A stretch of 64,000 nucleotides of DNA from Candidatus Eiseniibacteriota bacterium (GTDB taxonomy: Bacteria; Eisenbacteria; RBG-16-71-46; SZUA-252): positions 1 through 64,000 of the forward strand of contig JANMQV010000171.1 of assembly GCA_031370645.1 (NCBI GenBank). Reading direction: 5' to 3'. The notes beneath the pieces were generated by a model. The model was given only the letters and a program-made list of their open reading frames with translations. It did no database searches and was not told the DNA's origin. Of this stretch, positions 8,524 through 17,270 are shown piece by piece (position 1 is the stretch's first letter; each line of letters begins with the position of its first letter). Made by a program: the position numbers and the translations under genes.

Positions 8524-10014
8524 ATGATCCGTATTCGACAGGCGCAGCTCACGGCACTCGTGAAACGCGCCGGCGGAATGATCCTCAAGAGTTACATCCT
8601 CGCGGTCTGGGTCGGACTCTGCGTGCTCGGATACCTGATCGGGACCCAAGCGCGTCCCGATCCGAAACGGATTCCCTACGACGATCTCTTCGAGAACATG
8701 CGCGTTCTTTCGTACCGGGAGGCGCCCTCGGACACGACGATTCATTACGTCGCGGAACTGACGGCGAGAGGCAAACCGTTCCGTCAGTACGACGTCGGGA
8801 CACGCCGCTTCCTTCCCCCGACCGAGGCACGCGAGTACTGGCGGACGGTCACCGGCGCCCGCTATGAGCCGCTGGAAGTGCGCGGCCACGTGGAGCGCGG
8901 CGTCTGGCTCGAAATTCCGGACGCCTCGCAGCAGTCGCTTGTACCGGAACAGTTCGACGAGCTCTACAGCTCCACGATCGGGCTCGTCAACCCACTCTCC
9001 ATGATCGCGAATGCGGTCGGCATCCTTTCCGGCTACTCCGTCGGCTACCGACTCGCCACCTGGGAGAGTTCACTCTCCAGCCGGTCGGTTCAGGAGCGCG
9101 TTCTCACCGCTCCCGGCATCGATCGCCTCGTCGCGCGCGAGGCGTGGCGGCGCGTCGCGCTCGAGCCCGCGATGGTGTTCGCCGACAAGGACGCGAGCCG
9201 CTTCGCGGAGGTCAACGGGCGCCAGCGTCTCTACGCCAACTTCTTCAAGGTGGCCTTGAACGACACCAACGGATTCGTCCCCTACGAAGTCACGCGACTC
9301 GAATCGGCCGGGGCCTACCAGGCTTCGCGCGCGATGAGTGCGTTCGCGGAGGCCGCGCGCCACGCGGCGTCCGACAGTTCCGAACTCACGAACACAGACT
9401 TTCGAGCCGTGGAGGAATGGGCGAGCCTCCTCGATCGCCGTGGGCATTGGGCCGCCGGCTCGCTTCCCTCCCCTGGGGAGGAGCGCATTCGCTACCTCGG
9501 CGCGCTGTCGTGGTACGGGCTCGCCCCCGAGTCGCCCAACCGGCGCCGCCTCTGGGTGGGGCCGCGACTCCTGATTCGTGAGGGTGGCGCCGAGGGATTC
9601 GTGGCGGACGAACTCCCGCAGATCGCGGCGGCGTGTCCCGAAGGATGGCGTACCTGGATGCAGCCCGCCGGCACTCCGCTCGCCTCGAATTCGTGGACGG
9701 CCCGCTGGATGGGTCAGGCGCGCCAATTCGCGCCGGTTCTCGAACTCGGAAAACGGGCGGTCCGTCTCGTGAGCGGCGAACCGAAGCAGCGGGTGGTGGT
9801 CGCGAGATCGGCGGTCGCACCTCCCGTGCCCGTGGTGAAATCATCGATGCCGATCGTCGCCGACACTCGGGTCGTCGCGCGGGTCGAGACGACTCTACCG
9901 GACTCCGCATCGCTTCCGCACCCGGGCGGGGCTGACTCCGTCGCCGTGACGCTGGAGCGATTGGATGCCGATGCGACCGTGATTCGCTCGAGCTTCGGCG
10001 GGTTCGGGCGGTAA
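8524..10014 (+). CDS. Hypothetical protein with N-terminal transmembrane helix
   Basis: Long ORF with GC3-rich codons and helix YILAVWVGLCVLGYLIG; no family recognised; start could be 8518, 8524 or 8578. Confidence 0.7.
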   Translation: MIRIRQAQLTALVKRAGGMILKSYILAVWVGLCVLGYLIGTQARPDPKRIPYDDLFENMRVLSYREAPSDTTIHYVAELTARGKPFRQYDVGTRRFLPPTEAREYWRTVTGARYEPLEVRGHVERGVWLEIPDASQQSLVPEQFDELYSSTIGLVNPLSMIANAVGILSGYSVGYRLATWESSLSSRSVQERVLTAPGIDRLVAREAWRRVALEPAMVFADKDASRFAEVNGRQRLYANFFKVALNDTNGFVPYEVTRLESAGAYQASRAMSAFAEAARHAASDSSELTNTDFRAVEEWASLLDRRGHWAAGSLPSPGEERIRYLGALSWYGLAPESPNRRRLWVGPRLLIREGGAEGFVADELPQIAAACPEGWRTWMQPAGTPLASNSWTARWMGQARQFAPVLELGKRAVRLVSGEPKQRVVVARSAVAPPVPVVKSSMPIVADTRVVARVETTLPDSASLPHPGGADSVAVTLERLDADATVIRSSFGGFGR

Positions 10015-10051
10015 CTGCCCCAAGGAAATTCTAACCCGACCGCTCTGTTTC

Positions 10052-10088
10052 CGGAACGCCCCCTCCGTGCGTGCGAGGGGGCGTTCCG
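10052..10088. terminator. 14-bp perfect stem-loop (terminator-like or REP-like)
   Basis: CGGAACGCCCCCTC - 9 nt loop - GAGGGGGCGTTCCG after the 8524 gene; no U-tract. Confidence 0.5.
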
Positions 10089-10189
10089 ATCGGCTCCCGC
10101 GAACCAACTCCCCCTCTGCGCCCTTGCCGCCACCCCCCGTTTCCGTCATCCTTGCTCGGTCGAATCCCCCTGCCCTTGGGAGTTGTGCC

Positions 10190-10564
10190 ATGCACGCCCA
10201 ACCCGGACAACCCTCGTCGGAACCGCTGATCACGGGCGATCTGGTAAAGCGCGCCAAGGATGGAGATCAGCGCGCGATGAGCGGCTTGATGGCGCGCCAT
10301 CGCCCGCGTCTCGAGCGCTGGACCAGCGGGCGGCTCCCCCACGACGCTCGCTCCCTCCTCGACACGAGCGACCTCGTCCAGGAAACCCTCCCTCGTGCCA
10401 TCGAAGGGCTCGACCTGATCGTCGAGGTCCGCGGACCCGGGTTCTTTCAAGCCGACTTCGAAGAAATCGCCGCGGTCATGGGAAGGACGAGCCGCGACGC
10501 CGCGCGAATGGCGGTGCAACGCTCGCTTCGAAAACTCGCCGAGATCATGGGACATGCACGCTGA
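10190..10564 (+). pseudogene. ECF sigma factor with apparent internal in-frame deletion
   Basis: Region 2 (LVKRAKDGDQRAMSGLMARHRPRL..DTSDLVQET..FFQA) runs directly into the region 4 HTH (DFEEIAAVMGRTSRDAARMAVQRSLRKL); only 124 aa; region 2.4, linker and 4.1 are missing. Confidence 0.65.
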
Positions 10565-12950
10565 CGATCCGCTCGACGACGTGGCGGACTCGATCCTCGA
10601 CGGCAAACCCGTCGATTGGGAGGTCGCCGAAACGCGCGCCGCTCGCGAGGGCCGCGCCGGCGAGAGCCTTGCCGCCGCCGAGTCGGGGCGGTGGGGCCCC
10701 TTTACGCTGCTCGAACTGGTCGGCGCCGGTGCCACCGGGGAGGTCTGGAGGGCGTGGGACGCCTCGCTCCAGCGCGACGTCGCCATCAAGTTTCTTCAAG
10801 CGAAAGTCTTGGGCGAAAGCGGCATCCATCCGGCCGTGCTTCTCGAGGAAGCGCGCGCCGTGGCTCGCGTTCGGCACCCCGGTGTCGTCACCGTGTACGG
10901 CATCGCCGAGCACGACGGGCGCGCGGGCATGTGGATGGAATTTCTGCGCGGCCCCACGCTGGCGACGGAGATCGACCGCCGCGGAGGGCTTCTTCCCCGC
11001 GAGGTAGCGAGGATAGGACTGCACCTCGCGGCGGCGCTCGAGGCGCTCGATCAGGCGGGGCTGGTGCACTGCGATCTCAAGCCGGCGAACATCGTGCTGG
11101 AGTCGGATGGCCGCGCCGTGCTCGCCGATTTCGGATTGGGTTGGCGACGCGCGCTTCTCGACGATGACGCGCCGCGCGGACTGGGCACTCCCCTCTTCAT
11201 GACGCCGGGGCTTCTGACCGGCGAGGCTCCGACACCGCGCACCGACCTCTACGCCCTCGGCGTGACGCTTCGCTGGGCTCTGACGGGCCACCCCCCCTTC
11301 CGAGCGCGCCGTGTGGAGGATTTGAAAGCGGAGATTGCTCACGGCCCGGCGCGACCGCTCGCCGAGGAGCGACCGGAAGCGCCCGCGTCGCTTGTGCGCG
11401 CGATCGAACGCGCCATGGATTCGGGGCCGAGCGCGCGACGCTACACCGCGGCGGAATTCGGCTCCCTTCTCCGATTCGCCCTCGACGAGACCGAAACCGA
11501 TCCCCTCGCGATCTCGCCCCGCACGAGTGTCTTGTCCGGAGCAGGCCCGCCGGTCCTCTCGATCGGGGTTCTCCCCTTCCTGAATCACTCTCGGGACGAG
11601 GCGGAGGAGTACTTCTGCGACGGGCTGGCCGATGATCTTCTGAACGTGCTCGCGAAGATTCGCGGTGTGCGAGTCGCCTCGCGGACTTCTTCCTTCCAGT
11701 TCAAGGGGAAGAACGAGGAGATCGCGGTCATCGGCCGGAAGTTGAACGTCGCGGCGCTGCTGGAGGGGGGTGTGCGGAAGTCGGGAAGCCGGATTCGCAT
11801 CTCGGTCCGGCTCGTGAAGGTGGCGGACGGCTTCCAGATCTGGTCCGAGACCTACGACCGCACACTTGACGACATCTTCGCGGTGCAGGACGGCATCGCG
11901 CAATCGGTGCTGAAGGAGCTCCGAACGGCACTCTTGGGCGCCGAAGCGAAGGGAACCGCCGACGCCGAAGTGAAGGCGGAGGTCGCCGCAGCCGCGAGGG
12001 GGCGCGGCGGCAGCAGCGAGGCGCACCGGCTCTATCTTGAAGGGCGCTTCTTCGTCGACCGCGGTTCGCGGGAATACACGACTCGAGGCATCGAGAGCCT
12101 CCACGCGGCCGTTGAACTCGATCCCACTCATGCACTCGCCTGGTCCGAACTCTCGCGCGCCTACATGAACGAGGCGAACGGGGACTGGATGCCCGCCGAG
12201 GAAGGCGTGGCACGGGCGCGCGCCGCCGCAGAGCGAGCCCTGACGCTGGAGCCCGACTTCGCCGACGCGCTTGCGCGATTGGGATCGCTCAAGAAGAACT
12301 GGGATCGGGACTGGCGGGGCGCCGAGGCGTGCTATCGCCGCGCACTGGAACTCGCTCCGGGGAGTTCGGTCGTGCTCGACGGCGCGGGCGTCCTGGCCGA
12401 GACCATGGGCCGGCTCGACGAGGCGATCGAACTCATGCGCCGCGCGCTCGAGAAGGACCCGCTCAGCGCGGCGAGCCATAGCAATATCGGGGTCACCTAC
12501 CACGCTGCGGGACGCCTGAGGGAAGCCGAGGAGGCGACCCGGAGAGCGATCGAATTGGCGCCCGAACGAATTGTCATTCATTCGACCCTGGCACTCATCC
12601 TTCTCGATCGTGACCGCTTGGACGAAGCCCTTCAAGAGGCCGAGCGGGAATCCCACGAGGTGTTCCGGCTTTGGGCGCTTTCCGTGGTCCACCACCGAGC
12701 GGGACGGCAATCGGAGTCGGACGCGGCGCTACGAGGGCTGATCTCCGGGCACGCGATGGATTGGGCCTATCAGATCGCGGAAGCGTGCTCGGCGCGCGGC
12801 GAGACCGAAGAAGCGTTTCGTTGGCTGGAGCGCGCCTACGCGCAGCGGGATCCAGGGCTCGCCTACCTGAGACCCGATCCTCTGCTCCGATCGCTCCACT
12901 CCGACCCACGATGGCCGGTCCTGCTCGCAAAGGTCGGCTTGGCGGACTAG
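10554..12950 (+). CDS. Hanks-type Ser/Thr protein kinase with TolB-like N-terminal and TPR domains
   Basis: GAGATGEV, VAIK, HCDLKPAN, DFG, GTPLFM; SIGVLPFLN..YFCDGLADDLLNVLAKI domain; TPR repeats; overlaps the ECF stop. Confidence 0.9.
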   Translation: MHADDPLDDVADSILDGKPVDWEVAETRAAREGRAGESLAAAESGRWGPFTLLELVGAGATGEVWRAWDASLQRDVAIKFLQAKVLGESGIHPAVLLEEARAVARVRHPGVVTVYGIAEHDGRAGMWMEFLRGPTLATEIDRRGGLLPREVARIGLHLAAALEALDQAGLVHCDLKPANIVLESDGRAVLADFGLGWRRALLDDDAPRGLGTPLFMTPGLLTGEAPTPRTDLYALGVTLRWALTGHPPFRARRVEDLKAEIAHGPARPLAEERPEAPASLVRAIERAMDSGPSARRYTAAEFGSLLRFALDETETDPLAISPRTSVLSGAGPPVLSIGVLPFLNHSRDEAEEYFCDGLADDLLNVLAKIRGVRVASRTSSFQFKGKNEEIAVIGRKLNVAALLEGGVRKSGSRIRISVRLVKVADGFQIWSETYDRTLDDIFAVQDGIAQSVLKELRTALLGAEAKGTADAEVKAEVAAAARGRGGSSEAHRLYLEGRFFVDRGSREYTTRGIESLHAAVELDPTHALAWSELSRAYMNEANGDWMPAEEGVARARAAAERALTLEPDFADALARLGSLKKNWDRDWRGAEACYRRALELAPGSSVVLDGAGVLAETMGRLDEAIELMRRALEKDPLSAASHSNIGVTYHAAGRLREAEEATRRAIELAPERIVIHSTLALILLDRDRLDEALQEAERESHEVFRLWALSVVHHRAGRQSESDAALRGLISGHAMDWAYQIAEACSARGETEEAFRWLERAYAQRDPGLAYLRPDPLLRSLHSDPRWPVLLAKVGLAD

Positions 12951-14071
12951 CCCCGCCCCATTCGTCGCAGATACTCCCGATCCCAGGCGGCCGGTACGCT
13001 CTCCCGGGGCGAGTAGGGCCCCGGCGCGTAGCGCCGCGAGGCGATGCCGAGCTGGCTCTGCGCGACGATGTCCCAGTCCTGGCGGTTCGTTAGATCCCAA
13101 AACTCGACGGCGTCGGGGATGTTATTCGCGGGATCCGCGACTGTGGCGGGATGGAAGAGCCACTCCGACTCCACCTCGGTGCGATCGACTCCGATCGGGC
13201 GTAGGAGGTAGTAGTTCACGTAGTCGGGGTGAAGGCTCAGGAGCATGTTCGGCATGATGGAGTAGTAGAAGGCGCGAGTGCGATCGTCCCCCGCGATGTC
13301 GTCGCTCACCAGTCGCCCGCAGGCGCGGCCGCTCATCGTGGCGCTCTGATTCGGCGCCTTGATCTCCATGTACCCCCCCAGGAAGGGACCGGCAATGAGG
13401 TCGTTCGCGCCGCTCTGATACGGAAGCACGGTCGCCAACTTCGGGTGGATCGTCGGGCAGTGGAGGCATTCGGAGTAGTTCTGGAAGATCAACTTCCAGT
13501 TCGCGTTCACCTGATAGACGACGTGGTGTCCCACCGCGAGCCCGGGAAGGCCGAACCGCGCGAAGCGGCCGGCAAGCGGCGCCCAGGCGGCATCGAACGG
13601 CGCCGGTTTCTCCGCGACGTTCACGAAGAGAAACCCCTCCCACTCGGCGAGCCCCGCTTCGTGGAGCGGGTAGTCCTTCATGTCGAATTCCGTGGCTTCC
13701 TTCATGTGCGGAGCGCCGACGAGCCGGCCGTCGAGCGCGTACGTCCACGCGTGGTAAGAGCACTGGATTGAATCGTGGAAGCGCCCCGACGCCTCGCGGC
13801 AGATGCGAGTGCCGCGATGGCGGCAGATATTGAAGAACGCGCGCAAACGGCCGCTCTTGTCGCGGACCACGATGATCGATTCGCCCGCGATCTCACGAAC
13901 GAAGAAATCGCCCGGCTCTCGAAGCCCCGAGGCTCTCCCGACGCAATTCCAATCCGCCGCGAAAATCCGCTCGCGCTCTTCCGCGAGAATTTCCGCGGAC
14001 GTGTAGTACTCGCGCGGGAGCGTGCGGGCGCCCTGGGCGTGCGTGGCCGTGGTCGGGCGAAACGGACTCAT
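12947..14071 (-). CDS. Rieske non-haem iron oxygenase alpha subunit (GbcA / choline monooxygenase-like)
   Basis: CRHRG and CSYHAW Rieske boxes; NWKLIFQNYSECLHCPTIHP and QD mononuclear-iron ligands; start MSPFR overlaps the upstream stop. Confidence 0.9.
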   Translation of the reverse strand: MSPFRPTTATHAQGARTLPREYYTSAEILAEERERIFAADWNCVGRASGLREPGDFFVREIAGESIIVVRDKSGRLRAFFNICRHRGTRICREASGRFHDSIQCSYHAWTYALDGRLVGAPHMKEATEFDMKDYPLHEAGLAEWEGFLFVNVAEKPAPFDAAWAPLAGRFARFGLPGLAVGHHVVYQVNANWKLIFQNYSECLHCPTIHPKLATVLPYQSGANDLIAGPFLGGYMEIKAPNQSATMSGRACGRLVSDDIAGDDRTRAFYYSIMPNMLLSLHPDYVNYYLLRPIGVDRTEVESEWLFHPATVADPANNIPDAVEFWDLTNRQDWDIVAQSQLGIASRRYAPGPYSPRESVPAAWDREYLRRMGRG

Positions 14072-15693
14072 GCGCCTTTCGATCCTCCACGGCGGTCGGC
14101 GAGGAGCCGACTCGCCGCCAGCCATCCGGCCCCGCCGAGAATCCCGGGACCCGGGTGTGCCCCGGCGCCGCCGAGGTAGAGCCCGCGGATCGGCGTGGCG
14201 TGACGCCCCCATCCCGCGACGGGGCGCATGAAGAGGATCTGGTCGAGCCCGAGTTCGCCCTGAGTCGGCGCCCCTTCGCGAAGTCCGAAGCGCTCTTCGA
14301 GGTCTCGGGGCGACAGAGCGACGCGATGCTTCACACGCGCTCCGAATCCCGGCGAGACCGCCTCGATCGCCGCGGTGACACGATCCGCCAAAGCCTCGCG
14401 CCGCGCGGCGTCCCAGGCGGCCCCGTCGCGCAAGCGGTAGGGGGCGTACTGTACGCGGGCGATCATCACATGCTTGCCGTTGTCGGCCAGAGCCGCGGTT
14501 CGAAGCGTGGGAACCGAGATCTCGACGTGGGGATGTTCCGAGACCTCCCCGTACTTCGCGGCGTCCGCCGCCTTCTCCAGGGCGCGAACGCTCGGAGTGA
14601 GGGAGATCAGCCCGGCCAGCGCATCGCGCGACTCGAGACCCGGGAACTCGGGAAGGGTATCGAGCGCGTAGAGAACGACGGCGGTACAGCCGCGATAACG
14701 AATGTTCCCCACCGCGTGCATGAACTCGGGATCGAGCCAGACCGGATCCACCCAGTCGAGCAGCGTCCGCGAGGGATCGGCCGTGGAAAGGATCGCGCCG
14801 GCCGTGATCTCCTCGCCGTTCGACAACACCACACCCGTCGCGGCGTCGTCGTGAACCGTGATCCTCGTGACGGCGGCGCCGGTTCGGATGGTGACTCCGG
14901 CGCGGCGCGCGGCCGCTTCCGCCGCGTCGGTGAAGGCGCCCGGGCCGCCGCGCCATGGAAGGCGACCGCGCACCATGCCCGCCGGCGCTCCGACGAGATG
15001 ATGCAGCAACACATAGCCCGTGCCGCCCGAGCGCGGTCCCTGGCGGTAGTCCTGAATGCCGCCAGGCGCCACCGCGGCTTTCAAGGGCGCGGATTCGAAG
15101 GCGTCATCGAGCAGATCCCAAACCGAGAGCGGAAGCGTGCGAAGGAATTCGATCATCTCCTGTCGGCCGAGTGCGCGGTACTTGAGCGCGAGTCCGAGGA
15201 GCGCGGGCAGGTCCGCCGCCGAGGCGAGCCCGACGTCGGGCGCGGGAGTCTGATAGAGCGCGCCGAGGAATCCCGCCAGGCGATGCAGCAGGCCGGTGAA
15301 GGCGGGCCACTTGGCCGCGTCGGATGCCGAGTGAACCTTGATCGCTTCAGCCGCGCGTCCCGCGTCGCGCGACAGCGTCAGGAAGGAGCCGGGGGCGATC
15401 GCCACGCTGAGCGACGCCTCGGCAGGATCGCCCGCAAGCGACTCGAGGCCAAGGCCGCGCGCCACGGCGGGAGGAATCCAGCCCGGGTCGATTCCGAGCG
15501 GGGCCGCGCGAAACCCTGGCGCGAATTCCACGATCGCGCCCTGGCCCCCAAGCGCATCGGAGCGCTCGAGGAGCAGGACGCGAAGCCCCGACTGCGCGAG
15601 CCGAGTCGCCGCGACGAGTCCGTTCGCGCCGGCGCCGATGACAACCGCGTCGTACGAAGGGCTCTTGGCGGCGCCCGCCACAGGCTCGCTCAT
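14068..15693 (-). CDS. FAD-dependent oxidoreductase, phytoene dehydrogenase/PYROXD2-like (divergent paralogue)
   Basis: IGAGANGL Rossmann motif; C-terminal RPVAGWGRHATPIRGLYLGGAGAHPGPGI; start MSEPV at 15693. Confidence 0.85.
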   Translation of the reverse strand: MSEPVAGAAKSPSYDAVVIGAGANGLVAATRLAQSGLRVLLLERSDALGGQGAIVEFAPGFRAAPLGIDPGWIPPAVARGLGLESLAGDPAEASLSVAIAPGSFLTLSRDAGRAAEAIKVHSASDAAKWPAFTGLLHRLAGFLGALYQTPAPDVGLASAADLPALLGLALKYRALGRQEMIEFLRTLPLSVWDLLDDAFESAPLKAAVAPGGIQDYRQGPRSGGTGYVLLHHLVGAPAGMVRGRLPWRGGPGAFTDAAEAAARRAGVTIRTGAAVTRITVHDDAATGVVLSNGEEITAGAILSTADPSRTLLDWVDPVWLDPEFMHAVGNIRYRGCTAVVLYALDTLPEFPGLESRDALAGLISLTPSVRALEKAADAAKYGEVSEHPHVEISVPTLRTAALADNGKHVMIARVQYAPYRLRDGAAWDAARREALADRVTAAIEAVSPGFGARVKHRVALSPRDLEERFGLREGAPTQGELGLDQILFMRPVAGWGRHATPIRGLYLGGAGAHPGPGILGGAGWLAASRLLADRRGGSKGA

Positions 15694-17270
15694 GATCCAG
15701 ACCTCAAGATTTCCATCGCGGCGAGGCGTCCCGATGCGCCCATGATTCCGCCGCCCGGGTGCGTCCCCGCACCGCACTGCCAGTAGCCCTCAATCGGGGT
15801 CCGGTAGTTGGACCACTGCGGAAGCGGACGGAGGAAGAAGAGCTGCTGGAGCGCCAGTTCGCCCTGGAAGATATTCCCCTCCGAGAGGCCGGTCATCCGC
15901 TCGATATCGAGCGGTGTCAGGACCTGGCGGTGGAGGATGAGCGACTTGAGATTCGGCGCGTAGCGCGAGACCGTGTCGATGACCGCGTCGCCGAACGCCT
16001 CCCGCTTCGCGTCCGTCCATCCGCCGTTCAAGTCGTACGGGGCGTACTGGACGAAGACGCTCATGACATGTTTGCCTGGAGGCGCCATATTCGGATCGAT
16101 CATCGACGGAATGACGATGTCCATATAGGGATGCCGCGAGAATTCTCCGTACTTGGCGTCGTCGTAGGCGCGCTCGAGGTATTCGACGCTCGGGCTGATG
16201 GAGATGGCGCCGCGGAGGTGCGGCCCTTCGCCCGGCATGCAGGTGAAATTCGGGAGGCCGGCCAGCGCGAGATTCACCTTCCCCGACGAACCGCGGAATT
16301 TGAATCGCCGCACCGCCTCCACCAGATCCGCGGGGAGTTCCCGCGACTCCACCAACTTCGTGAAGGTGAGGCGCGGATCGAGGCCCGAGATGACAATCTT
16401 CGCCGAAATTTCCTCGCCCCCCTCCAGCACGACGCCGGTGGCGCGATTGTTTCGCACGATCACGCGCTCGACGGCCGCGCCCGTGCGGATCGTGACGCCG
16501 TGAGCGCGCGCCGCGCCGGCGATCGACTCGCTGATGCCTCCGGTCCCGCCCTTCTGAAAACCCCAGGCGCGGAAGGCGCCGTCGAGCTCCCCCATGTAGT
16601 GGTGGAGGAGCACATACGCCGATCCGGGGGAGCGGGGCCCGAGGAAGGTGCCGATGATGCCGCTGGCCGATTTCGTCGCCTTCAGGGGGCCGAACTCGAA
16701 CCACTCGTCGAGATAGTCGGCGCTGCTCATCGTCATCAGCTTGTGGAGCGCGTGAAAGCGCTCCGCGCCGAGCGAACGGAAATGGCCGCCGAGCTTGAGA
16801 AGCCCTACGAGATCGCCGGGTGAGAGCGACGTCGGGTCGGGTGGAACCATGCCGAGGATCGGTCTCACGGCCATCGCCATGTGATGCATCAGGCGCCCGA
16901 AGACGGCCGAGGCATCGGCATCGCGCGGCGAGTGGCGGCAGAGTTCGCGTCGCGTTTCGTCGGGATCGGCCCATCCCGCGAGATAGTCGCCGTTGTCGAG
17001 CGGCGTGACGGTGCTCTCGAGCGGAAGGATCTGGAGCCCATGCCTCGGGAGATCGAGATCGCGGATGATCTCGGGACGAAGGAGGCTCACGACGTAGGAG
17101 AAGACGGAGAACTTGAAACCCGGGAAGACCTCCTCGGTGACGGCGGCGCCCCCGACGAGGTCGCGCCGCTCGAGAACGAGCGTCTTCTTGCCGGCGCGCG
17201 CCAGATACGCGGCGGTGACGAGGCCGTTGTGGCCGCCCCCGACGACAATCGCGTCGTAACGAGGGGTCAC
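15690..17270 (-). CDS. FAD-dependent oxidoreductase, phytoene dehydrogenase/PYROXD2-like
   Basis: VGGGHNGLVTAAYLA, GGAAVTEE, YVLLHHYMG, YRTPIEGYWQCGAGTHPGGG; GTG start overlaps the upstream stop. Confidence 0.9.
   Translation of the reverse strand: MTPRYDAIVVGGGHNGLVTAAYLARAGKKTLVLERRDLVGGAAVTEEVFPGFKFSVFSYVVSLLRPEIIRDLDLPRHGLQILPLESTVTPLDNGDYLAGWADPDETRRELCRHSPRDADASAVFGRLMHHMAMAVRPILGMVPPDPTSLSPGDLVGLLKLGGHFRSLGAERFHALHKLMTMSSADYLDEWFEFGPLKATKSASGIIGTFLGPRSPGSAYVLLHHYMGELDGAFRAWGFQKGGTGGISESIAGAARAHGVTIRTGAAVERVIVRNNRATGVVLEGGEEISAKIVISGLDPRLTFTKLVESRELPADLVEAVRRFKFRGSSGKVNLALAGLPNFTCMPGEGPHLRGAISISPSVEYLERAYDDAKYGEFSRHPYMDIVIPSMIDPNMAPPGKHVMSVFVQYAPYDLNGGWTDAKREAFGDAVIDTVSRYAPNLKSLILHRQVLTPLDIERMTGLSEGNIFQGELALQQLFFLRPLPQWSNYRTPIEGYWQCGAGTHPGGGIMGASGRLAAMEILRSGS

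Noticed and set aside
10545-12710. Long antisense ORFs here and at 14155-15786, 41037-43091, 49003-50286, 50460-52424 and 61155-62399
   Set aside because: Expected shadows of GC3-rich genes; no recognisable motifs, and each lies opposite a well-supported gene.
14068-17270. Carotenoid biosynthesis (crtI-like) interpretation
   Set aside because: No crtB, crtE or crtY nearby; the genes are coupled to a GcvT-like protein and a Rieske oxygenase instead.
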